DNA from: Chiloscyllium plagiosum
Taxonomy: Eukaryota
Direction of reading: 5' to 3'
Length of the DNA: 64,000 bases
Assembly (NCBI RefSeq): GCF_004010195.1
Contig: NC_057718.1
Location: forward strand, 32,256,791 to 32,320,790
Translations under genes and position numbers: made by a program
Notes under the pieces: generated by a model
What the model saw: only the letters and a program-made list of their open reading frames with translations
The model's database searches: none
Told to the model about the DNA's origin: nothing
In this document: positions 49,731 to 63,505 of the stretch, one piece after another
How the letters are laid out: every line of letters begins with the position of its first letter
Position numbering within the stretch: position 1 is the stretch's first letter

Positions 49731-52621
49731 TCTCCTCATGTGGAGGCTGTTCAGTATCTGCTGGAGGTCGCTGCTCATCATGGGCTTGGTGAAGCATCGG
49801 TGCCTTTGTGCATCAAGCACCAGCAACAATACCTGCTGTGGCTTGATCCATCAGTTTCACTTACAAAGGACAACCATGGGGAGCAGAAAAGACAGAACAG
49901 GTCCTTAGTAATGTGAACAGTTAGAATTCACGTCACTCACAACTGAGGCGTTAATATACTCTTCTGTACAGTGAGACATGGAGCACTCTGACAAGGAAGA
50001 CCACTCAATGCCTCCACATGAAACTTTAGCTTAAAATGTTATTCTGATGAATGCAATTCCAGGGATTTTATAACGAAGCAGTAGGAGATTCTAGGTGCTC
50101 CATGAATACTGAGACCTTGCCCTTCCAGTGTAACAATAACCAGGAAAAGGTGCATCGCATAGAAGAACATGTTAAAAAATAATTACCTTTCAAAGTGACA
50201 GAGAATCCGTTCCATGCTCCTGTGTTGCCCCAATGAGATCTTGCATTTATGCTTTATGGCGCACAGGTGTCATTTTTAACGTTGCCTGCATTGACATCTC
50301 CAGAGAGGGACTTTCTTCAACCTCCAATGGCCAATGACTGTGTCAAGATTGCTGTGAAGAGTATTTCATATGCATGGTCGCATGGTTACAGATGACTTAA
50401 ACCTGTAATGTGTAAATGTTTTATTAACAGTGATTATGTTAAGTTCTTCATTCTTATTATCATCTTGGTTCCTCATTATATCTGATATGCTTTTTGTGTC
50501 TTTCACTGTGAAGACAGGCAAACAATAGTTTAACAATTTCTTCTTTGCATAACTTTTCATTTTTTCTGAATTTTTGATTGAGGGCTGAAAGGGGCTGGTT
50601 TAAAAAACCAAAGATTGTGAAGGACTGTTGCACTTTTTAAAAGCAATTTACCTGACACCCATTGTAAGTGCTGTTGACACTGCTGTTTGTTCAAGTCGTG
50701 AAGAAAACACTATTAGAGATGAGCTGGCCTGAAGGGGGTGTGTATATATTTGGCCAGCAACAAGTGGCTGATTGGTCTGTGGCCTAGTGACTGGTTATCA
50801 ATGACAAATAACTCCCTTCTGCCAGCAACTATGTCATTGGCTTGCAGGTAGCTGAACTGTTGAGTGTGAGAATGTTTGGTCAGAATCAGTCATACATTTG
50901 ATAGAGATGGGGGCTGCATTTCAGCTCTGCTGACAAACATCTCAAGCCTGAAGATTTATTGATTTCCCCTCATCAGTTGCTGGAAGCTGTGACTTTACTA
51001 AGACAGACCTTTTGAAGTGTGAGCCAGTCACCCTGTGCTTCCTGCAAACAAGTCAAAATATTTGGAGAGGGAAGGTCGAGAAACAGCAAAGGGGTCAACT
51101 GTGGACAAATATTACTGAACAGCCTTTGCAGTGTTGCCTTCTACCCAAAATGCTCAGGTATTTTTGCATCTGTTCATGTATATGTAGAAGGGGAGTTTTA
51201 TAAGACCATAAGATGTAGGAGCAGAATTCAGCCATTGAGCCCATTGAGACTGCCCCTCCATTTGATCATAGCTGATATGTTTCCTGACCATATTCTCCCG
51301 ACTTCTCCCTTACTAGTCATGTTAGTGTTTTAACTAGTAGAGTTATGTATTAGTGATTCATAGTTGCCTCCTTATTTGTCACAAATGGCAATTTTTATTA
51401 AGTACAAAAAGCTGGTCTGTGTTTATGTCAATCTGGGTGTAAAAGATAAGTAAGCTAGTGAATTTTTTTCACTTTAAAGAGTTTTTCACTTTTGTGATGA
51501 CTCTGGGAATAGTGGAGCTTGATTTCAAGTGCTCTGTACCAGTGAGGTGTAACACTTGTTACAAGTTGGCCTGCCTCAGCCTCTGAAGGACACAGGTTTA
51601 CTCCTGCTCTCTCTTCCTGCACTTCTTCTCCATTTACTTTTGTATTCACTTCCTTCCCTTTTTTATTGTGATCCTTTACTGATTTCTTTAATTTTCTGAA
51701 AACTCTAGTTGACTGTTTTTGTTGTCTTTTAATCTGATGCTATCCTAAAGGTCTTCCTTTAGCCTCAGATGGATTACGTGTGCCGTGGAGTTTTCATTTC
51801 TCAATAAAATGCATATTACTTGAAAATTGGCAGAACCTAGCCATATTGTTAATTGCATGAAAGATAACATCTGGATCATCACGCCATTCTCCAAGTTTTT
51901 CTCTGACAAGGAGGTGATATCTTTAATCACGACAGAAGCTTCAAAACTCTCAGTTGCAGCTGCAGTGAATGATATCTATACTGAACACAATATTTATTAC
52001 CTTGATTATTCTGTTTTCTACTTCTACCGTTGTCCTCTTCACTCTGCCCGTGTGAATGACATTCTCCACCACCGGGCTGTTGGCCACTTTGGTCATCTGC
52101 CATGCTGACTTAGCGCTCATCCATTCCACTGACCTATGTATTCACGCAGACAGCAGGAACCTTTTGATTAGGAAAAGGAGCAAGGCTCCTCCAGCAATCA
52201 ACCTGGAGTTCCCTTAGTTACTGGCAATCAATCTCCTGTTGATGCACACTATCTTAACCTTTGACCACGTTCCAAGCTAAGGGATGTGCATACCTCCTGG
52301 ATTAAAGTATCCAGGTAAATCTCTCCCGAACAATGTCTGTCACTTCAAGAACTGTCAGCTGAAGTTCCTCAAAACACTGATACTTAATGTGGCTGTGGTT
52401 GTCCAGATTGCTGTGCTCACAAAAAAATACACACAGATGTTACACACCAATTGCATGGCCATTCCTATGTTAAACTTGTTTAATGTATTTAATTAATTAA
52501 AAATAACATGCATAATTAACCTAACTTACAATAGTTAATTTTTATTTAATTACTTGATCCATTAAAGACAATGTCTCACCAAATTGTCAGCCCTCACGAT
52601 CTGTTTATGATGCACTTATAA

Positions 52622-52839
52622 TACACTTAGTTCTTCTATAATGGTATGCTTGCGTTCTTGTGCAACCCCACGTTATAGAAAAATTCACACTTTAGAAACA
52701 GCTCTTAAAGTGTTGGTGCCATAATCGAGTTACTGCCAACACATTTAAATTTTTGCACTTTAGAAATAAAAACCCCAATTAGTCAATTGCGTTACAGCGA
52801 ATTTGTGTTGACGAAACGCGCATTGCAGAATGATCTGTA
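52622..52839. mobile_element. Possible Tc1/mariner-pogo (Tigger-like) MITE
   Basis: taca..agttcttctataatg at the left and cattgcagaatgatctgta at the right form decayed inverted termini flanked by TA; locally CpG-rich. Confidence 0.35.
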
Positions 52840-52980
52840 ATTCTATGCAACAATTGCTTTTTTTTTGATTTCCCTTCGAGGTGAAGACAATGATGTTTAT
52901 CATCTGTTCTGTTTGATAGGGTATGCCTGCTAAATCTGATCTGCACTGAAACTTTCAATAACAAGGATGACAAGTAATTA

Positions 52981-53315
52981 GGGCGACATGGTAGTTCAGT
53001 GGTTAGCACTGCTGCCTCACAGCGCCAGGGATCCGGATTCGATTCCAGCCTTGGGTGACTATCTGTGTGGAGTTTGCACATTCTCCCCGTGTCTGTGGGG
53101 TTTCTTCTGGGTGCTCCAGTTTCCTCCCTTAGTCCAGAGATGTGCAGGTTAGGTGAATTGGCCATGCTAAATTGTCCCATTATGTCCAGGGATGTGTAGG
53201 TTACGTGCATTAGTCAAGGGAAATGTAGAGTATAAGGTAGGGAATGATCTGGGTGGGTTACTCTTTGGAGGCTCAGTGTGGGCTTATTGGGCCAGATGGC
53301 CTGTTTCTCACTGTA
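52981..53315 (+). mobile_element. HE1-type V-SINE, full length
   Basis: A-box tagttcagtgg, B-box gattcgattcc, V-domain, tail. Confidence 0.92.
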
Positions 53316-53890
53316 GAAAAACTGTTTCTCTATGAAGGACAAGATAACATCTTTGGATGAGCTGCTGACTTGATTTCTTCTTGCATTTTTTTTCTCTCTG
53401 ATTACTTTCAAAGGAAGCCATGCTATTTTCCCATTTGGTGGTGTAAGACGCAAAGATCCTGAGTGAGTATCTCCCAGGACATCTTTCCTGCCTGCAGCCC
53501 AGTAACAAATACTCAGTTAGCTTCCTGCTCACAGCAGTTTGCTCATATTCAGGCAGGAGGCCCCAGGCATTGGGCTTCTTTGAGAGAGGGATCTAACCAG
53601 GCACCTGCTTGTCTTTCTCTGGCTTTGCTTTAAGAAGAAGGTTCACATTAAACACCTGTAGAATGTATGGTAAAGCCTGGCTCACATATTCATTTGTGAT
53701 CTCAAAATCAATCTTCAACATGAAATTTTATTCTTCAGAGTTGTTTTGAATTTGGTTTACTAGTAAGAATTTGGTTTGTAGCAGCAGTAAAATCAGAATG
53801 TCTCATTAAATGGGTCACTGTTACTGCTTGCTATTTTGATCAGAACGTATACAATGGTGATACAGACGCTTGTCTGAATCAGACTGGAGC

Positions 53891-54102
53891 TGAAAATGTG
53901 TTGCTGGAAAAGCGCAGCAGGTTAGGCAGCATCCAAGGAACAGGAGAATCGATGTTTCGGGCATAAGCCCTTCTTCAGGAAGAAGGGCTTAAGCCCAAAA
54001 CGTCGATTCTCCTGTTCCTTGGATGCTGCCTGACCTGCTGCGCTTTTCCAGCAACACATTTTCAGCTCTGATCACCAGCATCTGCAGCCCTCACTTTCTC
54101 CT
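53891..54102. mobile_element. Young PLE-derived fold-back element (subfamily A), small central deletion
   Basis: Palindrome centred on cttcttcaggaagaag; TSD TGAATCAGACTGGAGC at 53875-53890 and 54103-54118. Confidence 0.92.
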
Positions 54103-54772
54103 TGAATCAGACTGGAGCCATATCAATCTCAGCAATTTGGGGAAATGCATCTTGGATGTCAGTTTCAAGTTTGAACTGCAAGTGGATGTCTTTGAAGGGA
54201 TAGCAGGAGGTTGTTCATTCAAAAAAAACCCAAGAACTAACAGGTTTCATACTCTAGGTGGGGTCAGGAGATGTAAGAGTGTTCCTCCTGGGCCCACACC
54301 AAGCATCCGGCTACAAGAAGCATGGTTCAGGTCTTTGTGCCAGTCCCTAGAATTAGGCTGTGAATGTTGACTGGCTCAGCAAGGGAAAAGGCTGGTTCTG
54401 TTCTCTCCCAGAAGCACAGTGCTTCAGCAGGACCAGCACCTGGATCTCACTGGTACAATGGAAATGAGAGTTAAGGTTACTAAGGTGCTTTGGCTGCCTG
54501 CTGGCAATAACAGGCACCCTCTCACCTATGCTGGTAATTCAAATTGCCCACTCAATTCTTCTCAAAATGTAAGCTCTGGATAGAGGATATGTGCATTTGT
54601 GCATGGGCACACAAGCATTGTTCTCTCAGCTTGGTCATCTAAAAATTGTGTTATTAAATTTCAAAAAGCCTCGCAAACGATATTCCCCTCATCCAACACT
54701 ACATTTCTCTTGAGAATGGGTGTATTATCAACTGTATATCCTTGTACATATACACGTTGACTTTTCAACTCA

Positions 54773-54934
54773 CACATAAGCTGAAATTACCGCAAAAGCC
54801 CAGCAGGTCTGGCAGCATCTGTGGACCAGAAATGTTAACTCTGATTTCTCTCCACAGTTGCTGCCAGACCTGCTGAGTTTTTCCAGCAATTTCTCTTGTT
54901 TCTGAATTCCAGCATCCGCAGTTGTTTAGGTGTT
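54773..54934. mobile_element. PLE-derived fold-back element (subfamily B), centre deleted
   Basis: cagcaggtctggcagcatctgtgga / tccacagttgctgccagacctgctg; TSD TTGACTTTTCA(A/C)CTCA at 54757-54772 and 54935-54950. Confidence 0.8.
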
Positions 54935-55904
54935 TTGACTTTTCACCTCAGTAAGTTTTAAAGAACAAAAAACTTTTTGGTATATTTGAACAACCTTCAC
55001 AAGTGACTTCCTCTCATCAGGCACTGGTTTCCTTTCGAACATGGGAATGCTGGGAACTGATCCGCTATCTGGTCTCCAGAAATCAGGTAGGGTAATTTTT
55101 GTCAAAAGGCACAATCACTTGAAATTTTAAATCTAATTTGTGATTAACAGTCTGCAAAACTAATGCATTATTTTACAATCCCATGATAGTTACACTAGAT
55201 GCTTCCAGGCTCCTTTAGACTCACTTTTTTTTATCTAATGCAGCTCTTTCAAAGCTCCACCTTTTAATTCTTAAAGGACACCTTTGCATTTCTTTCAACT
55301 TGCCTTCTATTGAGATTCAGTTTCTTATTTCTTCAAAACAGATAGAAGGGGTGGTATGGGAGACAATGAGGAAATAGTTACATTGCATTCACATTGCTCA
55401 GTCAGATATTGATTAATGTTATGGTGCAAACTTATTATCAGGTTACGCTTGGTATTCCTTTGTGTGGAATATTCTAATCCCTGCCTAGCACCATCTTGTT
55501 TTAATGTTTTTTATTCCTTTGGGAAAATCCCAAGAGGTGATACACTTGATTCAAAATTGATTTATTTTTCTCTCACAGGACTTGACAGTATATGGCAATG
55601 TTGAGTTGCTAGATTGATCTTTGTAAATGGTGTCATGTGCAATGACAAAGATGCAACTGTAATCTAGTGAAAAATAAACTGAGCATTTTGCTTGATGGAT
55701 AGTTCCTTAGTCATTCCAGGCAGATTGCTTTTACCATTGAGTGATGAACAGTACTGTTTTCTTCCTGAACGATATTCTAATCTTTTCATTAGACAGATAT
55801 CATAAGAAATTGGTATTCTTGATCCAAAACTGTTGGCAAAGCAACTGAAAAGTATATATTCACTTTTAAATGAGGTATGTCAGTAACAAAATACTTTGTT
55901 TCAC

Positions 55905-56440
55905 TATCAGCCTTTCCTTGCAACCGTAAAAAGATACAAAACCTACCAATACACCATCCCCCTCACCTCCATTCAGGGCCCCAGACAGTCTTTCCAGGTG
56001 AGACAGAGGTTCACCTGCCTCTCCGCCAACCTAGTTTACTGTATCTGGTGCTCCCAATGTGGTCTTCTCTACATCAGGGAGACCAAACGTAAACTCAGGG
56101 CACGTTTCACTGAGCATCTCAGCTGGGCCCACAGGGGCTGACCTGACCTCCCAGTCACCGCCCATTTGAATTCTCCTTCCCACTCACTTCCAGCTACCAA
56201 CCGGATTCATTCTTCCCATCGACCAACCAGGTCGTATCCTCTACCTATGTTCACCCATCCCTACCACATCACCCTACCCCTTTCCCCACCCAAAACACGC
56301 CCCCACCCCTTTATCTGCAGCTCCCCTTACACCCAACCCCAGTCCTGAAGCAGGATTACACCCGAAATGTTGTCTTCTCTATCTCCTGATGCTGCCTGCA
56401 TTGCTGTGTTCTTCCAGTTTCCTGCTTGTCTACTTTTCAT
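55905..56440 (+). mobile_element. PLE fragment with GIY-YIG endonuclease remnant and 3' terminus
   Basis: ORF 55896..56141 FTCLSANLVYCIWCSQCGLLYIRETKRKLRARFTEH; decayed core ctgaagcaggattacacccgaaatgttg ~56345. Confidence 0.85.
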
Positions 56441-57867
56441 CAAGCTGAATACAGAAGGTTCAGAAGAGATAAAAAGCAAATAGGAGAAGCAAAGAGAGAT
56501 TGTGAAATAAGCCTGGCAGCTAAAGTAAGAAGAAACCCCAAAGTCTTGTCTCAGCACATTGATAGTAAAAGTGTGTTAACAGACAGAATAGGGTGAAATA
56601 ATGACCAGAAGGGGATTTACACATCGAACCAAAAGCCTGGCTGAGCTGTTAAATGAATACTCTGCATCTGACCTTCCTGACAAGCTAGATCCTGCTCAGG
56701 CCATGTTGATAAAAGAGCAACTTCCATCACTATAAGGGATTCAATTGATAAGGAGGAGGTATTTGATAAGCTGTTGCACTTAGAGTTCATAAAACAATGG
56801 GACCAGATGAGATGCATCCAAGAATATTTAAGGAAGTGAGAGTAGAAATTGCAGGGGCACTGCCAATAACCTTTCAATCTTCCCTGGATTTAGGGGTACT
56901 GCTGGAGGATTGGACAATTGCAAATTGTAAAGATTGCCTCAGCAATTATAGACCAGTCGGTTTAACTTTAGTAATTTAATTATTTCATGGAATGCAAGCA
57001 TCATTGGCTAGGCCAGCATTTTTTGCCCATCTTAATTACCCAAAGGGCAAGTGAGAGCAACCACATTGCTGTGGATCTGGAGTCACATGTAGGCCAGATC
57101 CCCTAAGGGCAACAGTTTCCTTCCCTAAAGCACATTAATGAATAAGATTTTTTTCAATGACAATTGACAATGGTTTCATGGTCATCATTAGACTTTCAAT
57201 TCCAGGTTGTTATTTAATTAAAATTCCACTACCTACCATGGTGGAACATTAACTAGGTCTCTGGAAGCACTAGTCCAGCGACAGTATCTCCAGATCATCA
57301 TCTCCTGACCGAAACAATTATTATGGAATTGATAGTGATGTGGTAAAATGTGGATTGATTCAGAAGAGCCAACATGAATATGTTAAGGGAAAATCACTAA
57401 CTCACTTATTGGAGATTTTTAAAAGAGGTAATAGTAAGCTCAATGAGGGAATGCCACTTGATGTAGTTTATGTGGACTTCCAAAAGGTGTTCAGTAAGTG
57501 GGACTTCCAGAAGGTATTCAATATAGTGCAACAAAGCCAACTTTTGAACAAAGTTAGAGCTCATGTAATAAAAGTGACAGTAGCAACATAGATACAAATT
57601 GTCTGAGCAATAAAAGACGGACAACAATGGTCCATGGGTATTTTTCCAGTGGGAAGAAGGTTGGTAGTTGAGTTCAGAGATCAGTATTGGGACACTTGCT
57701 TTCCCTGACATATAAATTACCTAGAACCAGGTATGTAGTGAACAATGTCAAAGTTTGTGGCTGAGAAAACTGGGCAAACTGTAAATTGTGAGGAAGACAG
57801 TGTCAAGCTTCAAAAGGAGACTGACACAATGGTGAAATGGTCAGAGACATGGCACAGGCAGTTCTGA

Positions 57868-58201
57868 TATGGTGGTTCAGTGGTTAGCACTGCTGCCTCC
57901 CAGCAGCAGGGATCTGGGTTCAATATCAGCTCAAGGTGACTGTATGGAGTTTGCACATTCTGCCTGTGTCTGTGTGGGTTTCCTCTAGGTGCTCCGGTTT
58001 CCTCTCAGCGTCCAAAGATGTGCAGGTTAGGTGAATTGGCTCTGCTACATTGTCACATAGTGTCCAGGGATATGGAGGTTAAATGCATTAGTCATGGGTA
58101 AATATAGGTTAGGGGGAATGGGTCTGGGTGGGTTATTCTTCAGATGGTCAGTGTGGACTTGTTGGGCCAAATGGCATGTTTCCACGCTGTAGGGATACTA
58201 T
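57868..58201 (+). mobile_element. HE1-type V-SINE
   Basis: tRNA head, V-domain, tail. Confidence 0.9.
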
Positions 58202-58351
58202 TCTTGTATGAATGTGACCAAGTGTGAGGTGATGTACTTTGGTTCAATGAAAATGTAGAGGCGGGTCTGAAATAAAAGGTGCTCTTCTAAAGGGTGTATA
58301 GAAACAGAGAAATCTTGGGGGTGTGTATGTACATGAGCCATTAAATGTGGC

Positions 58352-59472
58352 TGTTCTCCATGGTAGGTTCATTCAGAAGGTCAGGAAGAGTGGGTTACAG
58401 GGGAACTTAGCTGTCTGAATACAGAATTGGCTGGCCAGCAGAAGACAGCGAGTGGTAGTAGAAGGAAAATATTCTGCCTGGAAGTCTGTGGTGAGTGGTG
58501 TTCCACAGGGCTCTGTCCTTGGGCCTCTACTGTTTGTAATTTTTATTAATGACTTGAATGAGGGGATTGAAGGATGGGTCAGCAAGTTTGCAGACGACAC
58601 AAAGGTTGGAGGTGTCGTTGACAGTATAGAGGGCTGTTGTAGGCTGCAGCGGGACATTGACAGGATGCAGAGATGGACTGAGAGGTGGCAGATGGAGTTC
58701 AACCTGGATAAATGCGAGGTGATGCATTTTGGAAGGTCGAATTTGAAAGCTGAGTACAGGATTAAGGATAGGATTCTTGGCAGTGTGGAGGAACAGAGGG
58801 ATCTTGGTGTGCAGGTACATAGATCCCTTAAAATGGCCACCCAAGTAGACAGGGTTGTTAAGAAAGCATATGATGTTTTGGCTTTCATTATCAGGGGGAT
58901 TGAGTTTAAGAGTCGTGAGATCTTGTTGCAGCTCTATAAAACTTTGGTTAGACCGCACTTGGAATACTGCATCCAGTTTTGGTTGCCCTATTATAGGAAA
59001 GATGTGAATGCTTTGTAGAGGGTTCAGAGGAGGTTTATCAGGATGCTGCCTGGACTGGAGGGCTTATCTTATGAAAAGAGGTTGACTGAGCTCGGACTTT
59101 TTTTATTGAAGAAAAGGAGGAGGAGAGGGGACCTAATTGAGGTATACAAGATAATGAGAGGCATAGATAGAATCGATAGCCAGAGACTATTTCCCAGGGT
59201 AGAAATGGCTAACACGAGGGGTCATAGTTTTAAGCTGGTTGGAGGAAAGTATAGAGGGGATGTCAGAGGCGGGTTCTTTACACAGAGAGTTGTGAGAGCA
59301 TGGAATGCGTTGCCAGCAGCAGTTGTGGAAGCAAGGTCATCGGGGACATTTAAGAGACTACTGGACATGCATATGGTCACAGAAATTTGAGGGTGCATAC
59401 ATGAGGATCAGTGGTCGGCACAACATCGTGGGCTGAAGGGCCTGTTCTGTGCTGTACTGTTCTATGTTCTAT
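58352..59472 (+). mobile_element. Young 5'-truncated CR1 (RT C-half and 3' UTR)
   Basis: ORF 58452..59018 SGVPQGSVLGPLLF...KFADDTK; frame continues after a TAG at 59016-59018 into 59043..59390; (ttctatg) tail. Confidence 0.95.
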
Positions 59473-61729
59473 AGGCTGAGACAGCTAATCATGAAGCATA
59501 CGATATCCTAGACTTCATAAATAGAAGGACAGAGTACAGCAGCCAGGAGATTATAATAGCTTCTGTAAGGCATTGGTTAGACCTGAGCTGGAGTATTATG
59601 TACAGTTTTGGACACCACACAATAGGAATAATGTGAGTGGATGGGAGAGAGTGCAGAAGTGGTTAGTGAGAATGGCTCCAGGAGGAGGCATTTCATTTTT
59701 GAGGAAAGATTGAAGAATTTAGGTTTGTTTTCATTTGAAAAAAGGTAGGCGAAGAGGAGATTTGACTGCTGTTTTCAAAATTGTGAGGGATCCGGACAGA
59801 GTGGATCAGGAGAAATTGTTTTCCCTTGCAAATGGATTGAGAACCAGAGGGTAGAAATTTAACTATTTTGTCAAAGAGGTATATGTGAGATAAGAAAAAA
59901 GCATTCTTGCACAGCAAGTAATTATTGTCTAGAAAGCACTGCCTGGAAATGTGGTGGATGTAGGTTCACTTGAGGCATTCAAGAAGCCGTTGGACAGTTA
60001 TTCAAATAGAAACAATGTGCATGAGGGCAAAGACAGGAGTTTGGCAGTGTGTTAAAACACTCCAAGAGTGAGCTCCAAAACAATGAGTCGAATGGTCTTT
60101 TTCTGTATCATTAAACTTTTGTGATTCATTGTTATTGAATGCTCATTTCTGCTCAATATCTGCTTTTTCCAAAACTCTTGAAGAAGAACTTCTGACTAAA
60201 AGTTAACAAAATATTAGAACTAGCACAAAGAAAAGGGCATCTGGATTTAGTGAAAGTGTTGGATTTTTTTTTTGCTTATAATCATCATATGTATTCATAG
60301 CTCTTTGTGATACCAGAATTATTCATTTGACACACACACACAGAAGAGGTTGTTGAGAAATGCAGCTGGAGTGGAGGTGATTGTAATTTTGATCCAGGTT
60401 TAGCATTCCGGTCGATAGTGTAGATGCAGGAGTGTGCTTGCTTGTGCTTCTTAAATGTTTGCCCGCTACTAAGTGCAACATATCACAAATCTTACTTTCA
60501 AAACTTTTTTTTCTGACACCACAAATACTTTTATGCTGAGTTCTTTTTTCTCTCTTTAGATGTAGCTTGAGCCTGTTTTGTGGAATCCTATTTGTGCCAT
60601 TCTTGTTTGAACAATTCAGATGAATTCCAGTGTAAATTGTTGGAGAGATGCAGATGTTTAGTTTTCAACAAAATGTGGGTTTTAATTCAAACCAAATTTA
60701 TGGTTTTATGCCTTTGTTAAAATTGTATGATGAGTCATATGTTATGAATATTTAAATATATCTTATTTAAATGTTGACTACAAGTCACACCTCTATATTT
60801 AAACTTACCCTTTAGAATATGGATTTCATGTCATAAGTATCTTTGAGATTTTTCATCATAATGTGGATTATAAGTCATACCTTCTGTATTAATAATGTGC
60901 CTTTTATTATAATTTGGTGCATAATTCGCACCTTGTATAAATTTTCAATTTGCACTTTTCTTGCGTTCGTGAATTATGTTTAATTTTTATTGAGAATCAT
61001 GAGATTAGTGCAATTTATGATCTGTTTTAACATTAATTTACACTCAGGCATTGTGCTGTGTTTTGAGCCATGTGACTAGTGCTAAACTGTGAAAAAACTA
61101 TAATTTTAAATTAGCAGTCTTTGGCATATGAAATCTTTCAAGGGCTTTACTTATGTCCTTTCACTATTTTTGAACAAATATGCTGCTTAAAACTAGCCTG
61201 CTTTGGAATTTTAAAGTCCATTTCTTAAAATTTGGGATGTAAAACGTAAGGCCTCCAGTTTTCATGAATAACTTTGAATTTATAACTTGCATGTTCTGGA
61301 CCTGATTAGATTTGGCACACTGAGTACAACAATAAATTCCGTAACTGCTGCATACTTTATCTATGCTTTGGAAAATATGGCCTGGGAACAGCGGTACCTC
61401 CTGTAAATGTATGTTTGAAAATGTAAGATTAATTAGTTGTGCTCCAAGTGTTAATCACATGCTGAGCTCTTTGAAAGTGCACCTATGAATGTTAATCTTT
61501 CAATACTAAATATGTCTTGCTGTGGTTGAACTAATATACCCATTTCAATCTTCGTTTGATATGTTTTATTTAAATTAATCCACTTTGTTCCCCTTGTTTG
61601 CTAGAAAGACAGCTAAACATCCCTCCTTGTAAATATTTTTCGATTCCACTGAGGTCTATATGAATAGAGTGGTCTTCTTGAGGAATCATGTGTTTGATTG
61701 TCCAGCTAACACTCTGGTATAATGTACTT

Positions 61730-62070
61730 TTTTTATTATTCATTTGTGGGATGTGAGCGTTGCTGGCTGTCCAGCATTTATTTGCCCATCCTACTTGCCC
61801 CTTGAGGAGGTGGTGGTGAGCTGCCTTCTGGAACCGTTACAGTCCACCTGCTGTGGGTTGACCCACAATGCCATTATGGAGGGAAATCCAGGATTTTGAC
61901 CGAGTGGTAGTGAGGGAATGGTGATATATTTCCAAGTCAGAATGATGAATGGCATGGAGAGGAACTTGCCACTGGTAGTGTTCCTATATATCTGCCATGC
62001 TTTTCCTTCTAGATGGAAGGGGTCATAGGTTTGGAAGCTGCTGTCTGAGGATCTTTGGTGAATTTGATAT
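61730..62070 (-). mobile_element. Second LINE family 3' end
   Basis: tttattattcatttgtgggatgtgagcgttgctggc...cagcatttatttgcccatcc. Confidence 0.75.
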
Positions 62071-62484
62071 TGATGGATCTGTGTCAGACTGGAAGGAACA
62101 TGTAGTAATTTTTCTTTAAAGTATGCTATAGAAGCATTCCTGTGCTCCACCAAAGATAATTGTCCTGAGGCCCATTAACAGTTTGGTCTTATTTCACTGC
62201 AGCTTCCTGATTCGGGAAATCAGCCTGTATCTTTCTGGAGCTAACTGGCTGGTCATATCTTGGGGGTCGGAAAAAGAGACATTCCTGGAGGCATTGGGCA
62301 TCAGAAGTATCAATAATGGTGTATCTTTCATTTGTTTGTCCAAAAGACTAAAAAGAAATGATCATTTCCTCTGTGTTGTTCTGCAAACTGGCAGCTTCCA
62401 TGGTAAGGGTTGATTTTTGGTTAGGCTTCACTTTGCCCGATGTAGTGAGGGAAAGCGAGTTCTGTTCCTGAGTTTCACATTTGA

Positions 62485-63505
62485 ACGTAAGAACTCGAAG
62501 CAGGAGAAGACAATTCAGCCCTTCGAGTCTGCTCCACTATTCAATATGAGCATGTCTAATGTTACTTCGGCTGCCTGCTCCGCTAACCTTCGACCTGTTA
62601 CTAATTAAAATCAGTTGATCTCCTCCTTAAACTTACTCAATGTCCCAGCATCCACTGCACTCTGCAGTAATGAATTCCACAGATTCACAACCCTGTGAGA
62701 GAAATAATTTCTCCTCATCTCTTTTAAATCCACTTCCCCTTATCCTAAAAATATGGCCTTTCATACTAGATTGCTCCACAAGAGGAAACATCCTCTCTAT
62801 GTTTACTTTGTCAATCCCCTTTAACATCCTGTATGTCTCATTCTACTAAACTTCAGAGTATACACATAAACTCTCTTCATAAAACAAACTCCTCCAGAAT
62901 CAATCTAGTGAATTCAACTGCGTCCCTCCTCAAGTCAGGGGGCCAAAACTGTACACAGTACTCCAAGTGCAGTCTCACTATTACCTTGTACAGTTCCAGC
63001 AACACTTTCCAAATTTCATACTGTATTCCTTTAGCAGTCAATGCCAAAATTCTACTTCCTTCTAACCTGCTGTACCTGCACCCTAGTTTTCTGCATTTTG
63101 TGCAAGAGGACACTGAAATCTTTCTGCACCAAAGCACTCTGAAGTTTCTCTCCATTTAGATATTAAGCTGCCTTTCAATTCTTCTGACCAAAATGGATAA
63201 CCTCACAGTTATCCACTTAAAACTCCATCCGTAAAGTTTTGGCCCATTCACCTAACCCATCCATATTAGTTTGTAAATTTCTTATTTCTTTATTGCAACT
63301 TACTCCCCCACCTATTTTAATGTAATCTTCAAATTTGGAAATTGTACCTTCTATCACTGCATCCAAGTTATTAAGATCGATTGTAGAGAGTTGGGACCTG
63401 GGGACTGACTCACGTGGGGCTCCACTAGTTGCTTCATGCCAACTAGAAAAATACCCAATAATCCTCAGTCTCTGCTTTCTGATGGTTAATCAGTCCTCTG
63501 TGGAA
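62485..63505 (-). mobile_element. CR1-type LINE 3' ~1 kb
   Basis: ORF 62877..63155 LYKVIVRLHLEYCVQFWPP; CR1 tail at 62485-62550. Confidence 0.85.

Larger units (their letters stand above)
47724..50355 (-). mobile_element. Decayed PIF/Harbinger DNA transposon nested in an old CR1 (CR1 pieces ~47340-47720 and ~50400-50560)
   Basis: Internal transposase remnant; CR1 sequence resumes on the other side (LLNYCLPVFTVKD, ORF 50366..50560); termini only approximate. Confidence 0.6.
56440..60125 (+). mobile_element. Old CR1 LINE carrying three nested insertions
   Basis: MGPDEMHPRIFKE (56797), LDVVYVDFQKVF (~57456), 3' part resumes at 59473. Confidence 0.8.

Noticed and set aside
52981..53055. tRNA-like sequences with A and B boxes (also 27081, 43511, 57868)
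   Set aside because: SINE heads continuous with V-domain bodies, not tRNA genes
58373..58958. Long minus-strand ORFs of 171 and 143 aa
   Set aside because: Antisense shadows of the CR1 RT frame
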